Below the pieces are notes generated by a model. It searched no databases. It had not been told where the DNA came from and saw only the letters and a list, made by a program, of their open reading frames with translations. Source: Bythopirellula sp. (GTDB lineage Bacteria > Planctomycetota > Planctomycetia > Pirellulales > Lacipirellulaceae). From it: a DNA stretch of 64,000 bases. Position 1 is the stretch's first letter; each line of letters starts with the position of its first letter. The position numbers and the translations under genes were made by a program. Shown piece after piece: positions 51,314 to 61,212 of this stretch. The stretch is from NCBI GenBank assembly GCA_965216565.1, contig OZ244170.1, forward strand, positions 3,328,001 through 3,392,000. Reading direction: 5' to 3'.

Positions 51314-51501
51314 TAAGCCCGGAGGGCTGACACAACCTTAGCCGGTGCCGTCAGGCACGGGACTCATGGATGAATTAATGGTTAGGCCTGAAAGGCCGAC
51401 ACAGCGATTTTGTGTCGGCCCTTCAGGCCTAGCGTTTCCACGCCTAATACGCACCGGTGGCTCACGCCACCGGCTAAGGTTGTTATAACCCTCCGGGCTT
51501 A
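51314..51501. mobile_element. MITE/REPIN-like palindromic element; transposase-less copy of the element at 63.2-63.9 kb
   Basis: Terminal IR TAAGCCCGGAGGG-N5-ACAACCTTAGCCGGTG; central hairpin TAGGCCTGAAAGGCCGACACA/TGTGTCGGCCCTTCAGGCCTA; both halves resemble the tnpA flanks. Confidence 0.8.
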
Positions 51502-51644
51502 GTGAAAACTGTTTGCTGACTACTCTCAAGTACCGGTAGGCGTTGGGGAATAATCATTTTCAAGACTCAAACTTGAATACTCGTCAACACAACCTAGCGT
51601 CTAGCAGTCTGCATGCGAAGTGCTGGGGGCGAACTGGCGGATTT

Positions 51645-53393
51645 CTACCGACTCACCCACTGGGAAAGTTCCCCCAGGTTACCCAAGTCCAAACGCACCA
51701 GTGCATCGTGGGGACAAGCATTCTGGCATGCAGGCCCCGCAGCGTGATCGGCGCACAGGTCGCATTTAGTTGCCTTGAGAATCGGCTGGCGAGAGGTTTC
51801 ATCGATTAGGATCGCACCCTGCCGGTCTCGGATCTCGACCATCCGAATGTTATCGTACGGACAACTATCCGCGCAGGTGCTACAGCCAATGCACGTCAGG
51901 TCGTTAATGCGGACGGTGCCATCGCCCGTGTCGCGGGCAATTGCCCCGGTCGGGCAACCGATCATACAGACGGGATCGACGCAATGCATGCAGGCATGGG
52001 TCACCATATACTGATTGTGTTGCATTCCGTGCCGTAGGAAACGCGGATTGTTGTCGTGCGTCGCAGCACACGCCCGCACACAATCGTCGCAGCGCGTGCA
52101 GCGATCTAAATCGATCACCATCGCCTCGCGACCGTTCATGAATCGCTTCTCGACGAGAAACTCAAGCAGCGCCGAGTCGACCTGCGGTTGCGGCACGTCG
52201 CTCGAGACTGAGGAATCAATCTCTGTTGTCTGCGGACAATAAAGCGTGTGCTTCTCGACCAAATCGTCTAGTACACTGGCCGAGATATGAGGCATGACAT
52301 GTTTGACGATCGTCTTTTGAGGGATCCGCAACACATCGACATAGCCAAGGGCCCGCAGAGAATTCGACAGTGGCACGGGCTGGCCCTCGCGAATCGAGCG
52401 AATCGTTTCCGCCAAGCCATGAACTTGCCCTTTTCCAAGATAGGCGATCGTTCGATGGCCATGGCCATGGCGATGGCTGAGCCGGGCGAAACCTGCGCGA
52501 ATGAGCGTTAGGCCATCGTTGGGCAGACCTTCCTCGACAATTAATGGCTCGTTCACAATGGCGTCAGCAGCAGGCGATTTGGTCGACGCATCAAACGCCG
52601 CCTGCCATTCAAAATTGCCATGCGTTTCGAACACCGTTGCCTCGGCCACCGCGCTCAGTTCCACTTCCGGCAATGAACCAAACAGCGGTGTTTCGCGCAA
52701 ATGAACCCGCAAGCTGCTTTCGCGGTAGAGACGCTCGATGTGGTTCCGCAGCGCCTCGGTACGGCGCATCAAATCTCTCAGTCCTTGCCAACGAATTTCC
52801 AAGAGCTGCGCGTCGCCATCGGCGAGCACCGTAGCCGCTCGGGGCATCCGCGTCATGGCAGCCAGCTCACCGAAGATTTCGCCCGCGTGCAAGCTCAGCG
52901 TGTGCGACCCGTACAACAATCGCGGCACATCCTGCAAGAAGATTCTCGGGTGCGTCGAATGGTCCGATGTAAATGTATCGGGTTGACCTGTGGCGCCCTG
53001 CGCCGACCATTGGCTGCGAACCTCCGGCAACTTGGGATTCTTCCAAAGCCGCATCATTGAACTGAGCAGACCCGGCTTTGGTTTTTCCGGACGCCCCAGC
53101 AGCAGGTCGTCTAGTCCATCCAGAACGACCTTCACACGCCCAGAGAGCACCAAGAACGCGCTATTTCCATAGTCGCCTTCTCGCACCACGATCGAACCAT
53201 CAGGAAAGTCGACCACCCGCGTGTCGTTACGCAAAATTCCTTCCAAAGGGACCGCCGCAGGAAATTCTTCGGGGTCCATACTCTCGAAAGGCTCGAACTT
53301 GAGCAATCGCTCCACGTCGGCATCGGTCATCGACTGGCCGAAGGGCGCATCCCAGCGCTGAGGTCGTGTGATGGCAATTTCGAGAGGCGCCAT
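51645..53393 (-). CDS. Cyclic-nucleotide-binding (2 domains) / 4x[4Fe-4S] (DmsB/NrfC-like) fusion protein
   Basis: VREGDYGNSAFLVLSGRV...FGELAAMTRMPRAATV; CTRCDDCVRAC, CMHCVDPVCMIGCP, CIGCSTCADSCP, KCDLC...PACQNACP. Confidence 0.9.
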   Translation of the reverse strand: MAPLEIAITRPQRWDAPFGQSMTDADVERLLKFEPFESMDPEEFPAAVPLEGILRNDTRVVDFPDGSIVVREGDYGNSAFLVLSGRVKVVLDGLDDLLLGRPEKPKPGLLSSMMRLWKNPKLPEVRSQWSAQGATGQPDTFTSDHSTHPRIFLQDVPRLLYGSHTLSLHAGEIFGELAAMTRMPRAATVLADGDAQLLEIRWQGLRDLMRRTEALRNHIERLYRESSLRVHLRETPLFGSLPEVELSAVAEATVFETHGNFEWQAAFDASTKSPAADAIVNEPLIVEEGLPNDGLTLIRAGFARLSHRHGHGHRTIAYLGKGQVHGLAETIRSIREGQPVPLSNSLRALGYVDVLRIPQKTIVKHVMPHISASVLDDLVEKHTLYCPQTTEIDSSVSSDVPQPQVDSALLEFLVEKRFMNGREAMVIDLDRCTRCDDCVRACAATHDNNPRFLRHGMQHNQYMVTHACMHCVDPVCMIGCPTGAIARDTGDGTVRINDLTCIGCSTCADSCPYDNIRMVEIRDRQGAILIDETSRQPILKATKCDLCADHAAGPACQNACPHDALVRLDLGNLGELSQWVSR

Positions 53394-53408
53394 ATCTGAA
53401 GACTCTTT

Positions 53409-54425
53409 CTATTTGTAATCCTGCGGCGAAGGAAGGTAACTGTCGATCACAGCCAAGTCTTTCCCATTGGCCGTCTCGGCAAACTCACTTGCCGCGGCAC
53501 CAATCTCGTCGGCTGCGTTGACGAGTGCTTCGCTCTGCCCCAGCTTCAATGGCACCGAAAGCGCAGCGTCCACCGCATGGCTGAGATGCTCGTTCGGTAT
53601 CTGCTGAGAGATCTCATAGAGCTTGTGTTTCAACCTGGCAGCACGTTGAGCGGATGCGATGCCGTACACGTCTTTTGAGGTCGCCAACGCGGTGGCTCGA
53701 AAACTCGCTTCCAAGTCTGCCAGCATCCCCACCACATACATCACGCGGAGTCTTTCTATCGACGAGGGCACGTTGCTATTGTTGCCCGAGCGCAAAAAGT
53801 TGTGCCGCACCATTCCCTGCGACCAGGCGACCAATTCGAAATCTCCACTGCCGGTCGGATGGCCGCCGACGTTCACCAGTTGTTCGTCGGGAGCGGAATG
53901 ACAAGTCAGACATTGCCGCGCTATCAAATACAGATTGCTAGGATTATTCATGCCCGCTTCGATGCTGGCTTCAATTCTTTGCTGAGCATGCTCTGCCGAT
54001 TCCTGCGCCTTGGTCGCACTGGGCCCTCCGTAATCGTTGTGTAGTGGCACCCAATCCATTCCGGCACCATGGCACGACTCGCAGGAAATCCCCGAGACAA
54101 CCCTGACCCGCTCACCCTTCTGCTGCTGTGTGTAATGACACTTCACGCACACGTCGTTTCGCTTGACGCTGGAAAGATCGAGCCGCTTGGCGATTTCCTT
54201 CGCTTTTGGATTTCGATGCAGAGTTTCGAATGTCGCAAAGTGCGGAGTTTGCTGCCACTGCTGCACTTCCGACTCGTGGCACTTCGCGCACGATTCGGCT
54301 CCCAGGACCTTTGCGGGATCGCAGTCGATTTCCACACTATATTTACTCTCGGCACGAACGCTGCTCCCTGCGCACAGTGCCCAGCACGCGAGGAGAATAG
54401 CGATCGTTGTTTTACGCACTTTCAT
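53409..54425 (-). CDS. Periplasmic tetraheme cytochrome c, c554-like
   Basis: Signal peptide; CAKCH, CVKCH, GISCESCHGAG, CLTCH. Confidence 0.88.
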   Translation of the reverse strand: MKVRKTTIAILLACWALCAGSSVRAESKYSVEIDCDPAKVLGAESCAKCHESEVQQWQQTPHFATFETLHRNPKAKEIAKRLDLSSVKRNDVCVKCHYTQQQKGERVRVVSGISCESCHGAGMDWVPLHNDYGGPSATKAQESAEHAQQRIEASIEAGMNNPSNLYLIARQCLTCHSAPDEQLVNVGGHPTGSGDFELVAWSQGMVRHNFLRSGNNSNVPSSIERLRVMYVVGMLADLEASFRATALATSKDVYGIASAQRAARLKHKLYEISQQIPNEHLSHAVDAALSVPLKLGQSEALVNAADEIGAAASEFAETANGKDLAVIDSYLPSPQDYK

Positions 54426-54486
54426 AACCTATTCCGTATTGGCATTTTGTTTCGCATCGAGGAAAAATATCTTCCATGTTTTTCCT

Positions 54487-54522
54487 CCCCTCACCTAACC
54501 TCTCCCCAAAGGGGCGAGGGAC
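54487..54522. repeat. Short REP-like palindrome
   Basis: CCCCTCACCTAACCTCTCCCC-AAA-GGGGCGAGGGAC. Confidence 0.55.
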
Positions 54523-54550
54523 TGTAGGAGTAGATATTTTTCCTTGATGC

Positions 54551-55804
54551 TCACGCCTCTAACACCAAGTCTTCTTCCGGCACGGCGATACAAGCCAAAC
54601 ATTCCTTTTCGCTCACCGTGATCCCAGGTTGTTTTATATGAGCAAACTTTCCAGACCGCACCGCCGTTACGCACTGCCCACAGTTCCCGGCTCGGCACCC
54701 GGACTCCAGCCGCACCCCGTTAGACTCCGCGAAATCGAGAAGTGTCGAATCACTTTCTGTCCACACGGCCGCTTTATTTGTCTTCGCAAAGTTGATATTC
54801 CGTGGACCGGTGTTGCGATTCTTGCGATAGCGTTTCACACTCGCTGGACCAAAGGCCTCGAAATATATGTGATCGTCCGGCACACCCCAATCGAGTAACG
54901 CTGGCACCAGGGCTTCCATCATCGCCGGTGGACCACAGATGTAGAAGCGAAAGTTGTTCGACGGTAACACCTCGCGCAGACGCTGCAAATCGATATAGCC
55001 TCGTTGGTCGAAATCGCGTCCATTTCGGTCCCCCGGCATGGGTCGCGAATAGCTCACGTCGAGCTTGATATTGTCGTGCCGACTACATAGGTCGCGCATC
55101 GGCTCAGCAAAGGGATGCTCACGGCTATTGCGAAACCCAGTGAATACATACACCTGTCGTTCGTTGCGGTCGTGCACGATCGAGTTGATCATGCTCATCA
55201 CCGGCGTCACGCCAATTCCGCCCCCAATCAGAACAACAGGCACCTCGTCCCGCGGATCGAGAAAGAAGGCTCCCTGCGGGGCTCGGACGTCGAGTTGCGA
55301 ACCGACCTCCACTTGTTGGTGAAAGTACGTGCTCCCCTGCCCCGGCGGCAATGTCGGATTGTCGGTGGGTGGCTGAGCATGCTTGATCGTTATGCGATAG
55401 TAGTCTTCACGTGGCCGATCGGAGAGGGAGTAACAACGCACCAGCGCCGCTTGTTCGGTGGCAACCGGTAATTCGAACGTCAGATATTGGCCTGGCTCGA
55501 AACGCGCCAAGGGTCGTCCGTCTTCGGGCAGTAGATAATACGACTTACAGTCAATGGCTTCGTCTACGATCGCTGCCACCTGCATGGGCCTGGTTCCTGT
55601 CCAGGCCTTAAGCATCGGCTTGACGGCCCGCGCCCAATTCAACACGGCCCGTAGTTGCTGATCGAATAGTAGTCGCTGATTTCGATAGCGAATTTGCGTC
55701 TGGCCATTTCGCCGACGGGCGCGCCACACCGCCCACAGCAACTGCATTCCAGCTACTCCTAACAGCGCGGTCCCTGCGATTGTGCCCATCGAATGCCAGT
55801 CCAC
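54551..55804 (-). CDS. Membrane-anchored FAD/NAD(P)H oxidoreductase with C-terminal 2Fe-2S ferredoxin (FNR/PDR family)
   Basis: FEPGQYL, RCYSLS, GGGIGVTP, YICGP, FEAF; CRAGNCGQC...CLAC; N-terminal TM. Start uncertain; GTG 55804 follows AAGGA. Confidence 0.9.
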   Translation of the reverse strand: MDWHSMGTIAGTALLGVAGMQLLWAVWRARRRNGQTQIRYRNQRLLFDQQLRAVLNWARAVKPMLKAWTGTRPMQVAAIVDEAIDCKSYYLLPEDGRPLARFEPGQYLTFELPVATEQAALVRCYSLSDRPREDYYRITIKHAQPPTDNPTLPPGQGSTYFHQQVEVGSQLDVRAPQGAFFLDPRDEVPVVLIGGGIGVTPVMSMINSIVHDRNERQVYVFTGFRNSREHPFAEPMRDLCSRHDNIKLDVSYSRPMPGDRNGRDFDQRGYIDLQRLREVLPSNNFRFYICGPPAMMEALVPALLDWGVPDDHIYFEAFGPASVKRYRKNRNTGPRNINFAKTNKAAVWTESDSTLLDFAESNGVRLESGCRAGNCGQCVTAVRSGKFAHIKQPGITVSEKECLACIAVPEEDLVLEA

Positions 55805-55995
55805 TTCGCTTCCTTGCCTCAAGCCGCGATTCGCTGCGGAGTCGTAGATCTTTCCGCCAGCAATTTCGCACCCAAACCCGCCAACCCCCCAGAATGCTTG
55901 TCGTATGCTACTGACAGCATTGACATTATTTCTGAACCTACGATTGCTGTCGATAACAATCGCGATGCTAGCAAGTGGCGATCAATGGATACATC

Positions 55996-57300
55996 CTAGC
56001 GGGACTTCGAATCCTTAGGATGCGTGGCAATCTCTTGCTGGGCGTCCTCAGAGGGAACCGGCCCGACTCTCGGCAATGGCAATGAGCCCGCCATCTCGTT
56101 GGCTTCGCGAGAACCAGGAATCCAGCTTCGTGCAGGCTGGGAGAGCACTTGCACCATCAATGTCACCGGCAAATTAGAATACTCTGGCTCAACAAGAATT
56201 GGCTCCCCCCCCGCCGCCACCATACACCCGGGAGCACCGTCGTTGATGGATTGACAGCGACCTACGATCGTTAACCCTGCACTGGTGAGATGAAATCCGC
56301 AAGAGAGTTCGTCGAAAGCCACACTTGCTGCTTCAACTAGATTTGCTTTAGGTCCAACCTTGCAATACAGTCGCTCGGCAAACGCTTGGAGAAGCGAAGA
56401 ACTCATGCTCCCCGCACTGGCCACCAGGCTCCCATGGGCCACCTCGATTCGACCGCCGACCCAGCGCAGTTGTTCGAGTTCCATATCGATGGTGGCTTCG
56501 AGACGATGATCGGCGGTGGGCTCGAACCATGCTTGGGCATTCAGATCTTCGAAGCGGCCGTCCAAAGATCCATGCAGTTGGTCAAATTCGCTTTCAAGCT
56601 GCAGAACGCCCGAGTATGTCGAGCCTTCGCAAGTCGCAATGCCTGGCAACACACTTCGCAATAACCAACTCGGGAGTCGCTCTCCGCCCGTATCGAGAAT
56701 TGCCGAGGTCGTCGTGCCCGATCGCTCGGCAATGATCTTAATCGTGGACGATGCCGTGGCATCTTCCTCGACCGGCAACTCTGCCTGAGCGACTAATTTG
56801 CCCAGTGGCTGCGCTCCTCGTTCTGAAAAGCAACGCAATTTCATCAGCGAGATTCGTTCGGCATTCGCACCGATGATCTGCACGGCTTTTGCTTGCAATT
56901 GGCATGGTGGTAGATCGCTGGCCGATAGGGCCGTGGATAGTGTCTCAGCCAATGCCGGGAAACTCTTGGCGGCAATTTCTAGCTGATCTGTATCGAGTAC
57001 CAACCGCGGACCACGCCAATAGACGCGCACCTTGTCGATGGCACCGAGTGGATACCCGGTGTGCAGATCGGCCAGCGTCACTTGACGAAGATGCGTTGTG
57101 CCGGGGCGGGGCGAGTTGACCTCTCCCACCTCTACTTGCACATGCAGCTGTTGTGAGATGGCTTGCTGCCAATCGACTTCTCGCCAGGGACGCAATGAGT
57201 ACGCCATCCACAGCAGGGTCGCAATCGCAGGAATCAACGCGCACAGCAAGAAAAGCGCGCGACAAACAATCCGCTGAGTTGATTCGTGCATCGAGAACAT
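55996..57300 (-). CDS. Hypothetical membrane-anchored beta-rich protein (possibly AsmA-like)
   Basis: N-terminal TM followed by a long beta-strand-rich region; no diagnostic motif. Confidence 0.65.
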   Translation of the reverse strand: MFSMHESTQRIVCRALFLLCALIPAIATLLWMAYSLRPWREVDWQQAISQQLHVQVEVGEVNSPRPGTTHLRQVTLADLHTGYPLGAIDKVRVYWRGPRLVLDTDQLEIAAKSFPALAETLSTALSASDLPPCQLQAKAVQIIGANAERISLMKLRCFSERGAQPLGKLVAQAELPVEEDATASSTIKIIAERSGTTTSAILDTGGERLPSWLLRSVLPGIATCEGSTYSGVLQLESEFDQLHGSLDGRFEDLNAQAWFEPTADHRLEATIDMELEQLRWVGGRIEVAHGSLVASAGSMSSSLLQAFAERLYCKVGPKANLVEAASVAFDELSCGFHLTSAGLTIVGRCQSINDGAPGCMVAAGGEPILVEPEYSNLPVTLMVQVLSQPARSWIPGSREANEMAGSLPLPRVGPVPSEDAQQEIATHPKDSKSR

Positions 57301-57432
57301 CCATGTCTCCCGAAAAATCGAAAATGTAAGATCGAAGATTGTTGATGTGCTCGTTTAGGCACAGGCCTAAGCACTATCAACATGAATTACGTCTACAATC
57401 TCACATCAAACATCCAACTTCTACTGTTATCT

Positions 57433-58572
57433 CTATCTCTCTCGAGCCATTTGCAGAAATAGCTCGTAGCGGCCTAGCATTTCCGGCAAACTGTCGCTGC
57501 CAAACTTCTCGACCACCGCACAGGCAATCTCAAAGGCGACTACGTTTTCCACAATCACACTCGCTGCGGAAATCGCACACACGTCGCTTCGCTCGTAGCT
57601 AGCCGACTCTGACTCTTTTGTGTCTAGGTTGACTGACTCTAACGGCTTGGCCAACGTGCTAATCGGTTTCTTTGCAGCGCGAATTACAATCGGCTGGCCG
57701 TTGGTCATCCCTGCTTCAAGCCCGCCCGCGTTGTTGGTCGGTCGCTCGTAGCCCAGCGATGAAGTCTCTTTCTTGCTCTCATCATACTGAATAGGATCGT
57801 GTACCTGCGAACCGGGCCGCCGCGCGGCTTCGAAACCTAGTCCGATCTCCACGCCTTTGATGGCCTGCACCGCCATCACTGCCTGGGCGAGTCGGCCATC
57901 GAGTTTGCGATCCCACTGGGCATGGGTGCCCAGGCCGAACGGAATGCCGTCGACCCGCACCTCCACGATGCCGCCCAAGGTATCGCCCTGTTTGCCGGCT
58001 TCGTCAATCATCTTTTTAATCGCCGGATCCCGATCGAGATTGAGGCCGTACAGTTCGCTCTTGTCCCGGATGGCTTTGAGCTCGTCCACGGTGCCATCGA
58101 CCGGTTCAATTTTTTCGCCGCCCACTTCCACGACGTAGCCGAACACAGTCATGTCAAACGCCGCGAGCAGTTGCTTGGCGAGCGCACCGGCTGCAACCCG
58201 CACGGCGGTTTCGCGGGCCGAGGCTCGTTCGAGAATGCCGCGAATACTACCCAAAAACTTCACTGCCCCGGTCAAATCGCCATGCCCGGGCCGCGGCCGC
58301 GGCAGATCGTCGAGCCGCTCCAGTTTGTAATCGCGATTAATCACTTCCAGCGCGATGGGACTTCCCAGCGAAATACCTTTCCAAATCCCCGTGCGGACGT
58401 CGACCTTGTCGGTCTCAATCCGCTGGCGACCACCGCGGCCATAGCCTCCTTGACGACGCTTGAGTTCCACATCGATCAGGTCGGTATCAATCTCGACACC
58501 CGCAGGAAACCCATCGACCAAGGCCAGCAGGGTCTTGCCATGAGATTCTCCAGCGGTCAAATAACGCAACAT
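57433..58572 (-). CDS. aroC: Chorismate synthase
   Basis: MLRYLTAGESHG, RRQGGYGRGGR, PRPGHGD, ERASARET, NNAGGLEAGMTNG, ERSDVC. Confidence 0.97.
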   Translation of the reverse strand: MLRYLTAGESHGKTLLALVDGFPAGVEIDTDLIDVELKRRQGGYGRGGRQRIETDKVDVRTGIWKGISLGSPIALEVINRDYKLERLDDLPRPRPGHGDLTGAVKFLGSIRGILERASARETAVRVAAGALAKQLLAAFDMTVFGYVVEVGGEKIEPVDGTVDELKAIRDKSELYGLNLDRDPAIKKMIDEAGKQGDTLGGIVEVRVDGIPFGLGTHAQWDRKLDGRLAQAVMAVQAIKGVEIGLGFEAARRPGSQVHDPIQYDESKKETSSLGYERPTNNAGGLEAGMTNGQPIVIRAAKKPISTLAKPLESVNLDTKESESASYERSDVCAISAASVIVENVVAFEIACAVVEKFGSDSLPEMLGRYELFLQMARER

Positions 58573-58794
58573 CTTGTACCTGGTTGAGTTGGGCGATTCC
58601 GACGATTTTCCAGCGGAAGAGTAGGTTCCAGCCGTCGCGGTCGCAAGGCGAACAAACCATCGATTCTACACTGGCGAAGCTTGGCAGGATAGGCAGACAG
58701 ATTGACAAGCTAGCAGAAAACGTTTTGTCTTGAGCTCGAATAGAAGCTGAAAAAGATTAAGAGCGAGACGGGCTGAAGCAGGCTGGAAATACGA

Positions 58795-60198
58795 TCATCG
58801 TCTTCGCTTGTATTGTGAAAGCGCTTCTGCAATATCCTTGTCTGAAGGTTCGGGATCGATATTTGCATAATAACGCAAATAGCCATTGAGAATTTGTTTA
58901 CTACTTTTGTCGAACAATTCAAAATCTACGGAGAAACTTAACAGAGTTGAGTCATCAGACTCAAACGCAACTTCGTAGACCTTGAAATACCCCCGACCAG
59001 TAACTTTTGGAGAAGTGTTACTTGTTAACTGTAAGGCCGGCTGGCTTAGAACGTAATCACTGAGAGGAGAAGATAGTCGATACTCTTTTGGCCTTAAAGG
59101 TAAACCGTATGGAGTTCGAATTATTATCTGCCACCAGTTCTTGTCGCTCTCACTTGTATGATTAATAGTGAACCACATTGCACCAGCTTCGATACGTAAA
59201 ACCTTTATCTCTAGGCCATCATCGGGTTCAATGAATGATACCGCTAGTTCATCATCTTCAAGATTACTTCTCACCAACGCAAAGTAGGTCTTTGTTTTCG
59301 AATCATTTTTGAAAGAATTGCTGTCTTGTGAGATGTCAGCTGGCAACTCGGAAGATTCTTCTCTGAGAAATCCTGGAACACTGTCATCTCTCCTTCCCCG
59401 ACAATAGAGATACGGTCTCTTCTTAATCTCAGGCAACAGTGATTCTAGACCCAACACTCTGCCATCATTGCAGACATACATACCTTCGAGAGTACTAGAG
59501 TTAGTTTCTCTAGGCAGCAAATGGACGCTTGTATCAGCCAAAGCAAATAAAAAGTTGTTCTGTTCGCCTCTGACCCCAATGCCCTCATTAGGATTATCGC
59601 GATTCCAATTAAAGTCTTGAGGGGAGGTCCATACCATCGAATTCGCACGATCTACTTCTATGACACTGATAGTATTCGAGGTCCCATCGTTACAACTACC
59701 AACTCTACTTCTACCAGTGTGTCTGAAAAAGCTCTGCTCTCCACCAACTGCCAGATAATTAGTAAAGCCTCTTCTAGACTCATGCCTCGGAGATCGATAC
59801 ACCTCGGGCATCTCTGCAATCAATCGTTTGTTGGATTGACTATCCCAGGCTTCGTCCAACTTAAACTTTGAATAGAGTTGGTCTTCACCGAGCATCGGCA
59901 GTAGAGCCACCCGCCAACTTAGGCCCGGCTCTCCGTCTCTCGTCTTTAGGCAGTAGAGGGGTAAATTTGGTTTATTGTCCAATTGCCAGTATGCCAATGC
60001 TTTTGCAATGACGGCTAGATTTCCTGCCGAGTTCTTCATTGCTAACACAGTTTCAGATGAGGACTCGTTCTGCACTAAAGTATTTGCAGCATCTGCTTTA
60101 GTCACTTCTGCGCTTAAGAAACCAGAATCTATCACAAGCACAATCGTAGCGACAACGAAGTAGTATAATCTGAATATGATAAATCGTAGTGTGCTCAT
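58795..60198 (-). CDS. DUF1559-like domain protein with unrelated C-terminal domain
   Basis: NL..I..AL, LSWRVALLPMLGE..LY..F.LDE.WDS..N..L...MP.VY, DGTSNTI.V.E. Confidence 0.75.
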   Translation of the reverse strand: MSTLRFIIFRLYYFVVATIVLVIDSGFLSAEVTKADAANTLVQNESSSETVLAMKNSAGNLAVIAKALAYWQLDNKPNLPLYCLKTRDGEPGLSWRVALLPMLGEDQLYSKFKLDEAWDSQSNKRLIAEMPEVYRSPRHESRRGFTNYLAVGGEQSFFRHTGRSRVGSCNDGTSNTISVIEVDRANSMVWTSPQDFNWNRDNPNEGIGVRGEQNNFLFALADTSVHLLPRETNSSTLEGMYVCNDGRVLGLESLLPEIKKRPYLYCRGRRDDSVPGFLREESSELPADISQDSNSFKNDSKTKTYFALVRSNLEDDELAVSFIEPDDGLEIKVLRIEAGAMWFTINHTSESDKNWWQIIIRTPYGLPLRPKEYRLSSPLSDYVLSQPALQLTSNTSPKVTGRGYFKVYEVAFESDDSTLLSFSVDFELFDKSSKQILNGYLRYYANIDPEPSDKDIAEALSQYKRRR

Positions 60199-60318
60199 TC
60201 TTCTATCGACTTGACAATTAAGAGATTCAATAACTACTAGCGATCCTGATCGATATTACTACCAATAGGGGATTAAGAATTGACACGCCAAAGAAATTTC
60301 TTGAATTCGCATAGTTAC

Positions 60319-61212
60319 TCACCCCCACCCAAACTGCTTACCCGTAATCCGCTCACACGCTTCGATATACTTCCCGCGGGTACCAGCAATCACATCAGCG
60401 GGCAACTCCGGAGGCGGACTGTTTTTGTCCCAGCCGCTGTTGGAAAGCCAATCGCGGACGAATTGTTTGTCGAACGATGCCTGCGCTCGCCCCGGCTCGT
60501 AATCGTCGGCGGGCCAGAATCGCGAGCTATCGGGCGTCATCACTTCGTCGATCAGAATCAATTCGCCATCGACCTGACCGAACTCGAACTTGGTGTCGGC
60601 AAGAATGATTCCCTGCGCGGCAGCGTGTGCGACACCCTGGTTGTAGATGGCTAGGCTCGTCTCGCGTAACTGCTCGGCTAGCTCGTTGCCGATGCGGCGT
60701 TTCATCTCCTCAAATGAAATGTTGATATCGTGTGCGCCCACTTCCTCTTTCGTGGCCGGTGTAAAAATTGGTTCGGGCAACTGCTCACTTTCCACCAGCC
60801 CCGCCGGTAGCTCGACTCCACAGACTTGACCATTCTGCTGATACTCCTGCCAACCGGAACCGGAAAGGTAGCCTCGCACCACGCACTCAATGGGCACCAC
60901 GTCTGTTTTGCGCACCAAGATCGTCCGCCCAGCTAGCGATTCGCGATCCGCCCCGTCGGGCAAATCCATCTTCTGCACGTCGGTCTCAATCAAATGGTGT
61001 GTCGTGCCGAGCCGGTCGAACCAAAAATTACTCACCTGCGTCAGCACGCGGCCTTTGTCCGGAACTGCGGAGGGAAGCACCCAGTCGAATGCGCTAATGC
61101 GATCGGTCGAAACGATCAGCAACCGATCGCCGAGATCATAGACGTCGCGGACCTTGCCCCTTTTCAGCGGCAGGTCGGGCAGATTGGTTTCCAACACAGG
61201 GGCTGCCGTCAT
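60319..61212 (-). CDS. purC: Phosphoribosylaminoimidazole-succinocarboxamide (SAICAR) synthase
   Basis: [64 protein letters not shown]. Confidence 0.97.
   Translation of the reverse strand: MTAAPVLETNLPDLPLKRGKVRDVYDLGDRLLIVSTDRISAFDWVLPSAVPDKGRVLTQVSNFWFDRLGTTHHLIETDVQKMDLPDGADRESLAGRTILVRKTDVVPIECVVRGYLSGSGWQEYQQNGQVCGVELPAGLVESEQLPEPIFTPATKEEVGAHDINISFEEMKRRIGNELAEQLRETSLAIYNQGVAHAAAQGIILADTKFEFGQVDGELILIDEVMTPDSSRFWPADDYEPGRAQASFDKQFVRDWLSNSGWDKNSPPPELPADVIAGTRGKYIEACERITGKQFGWG

Noticed and set aside
53409..54425. Anammox or nitrification (HAO/c554) role
   Set aside because: No HAO, hydrazine synthase or related genes; c554-like folds are widespread.
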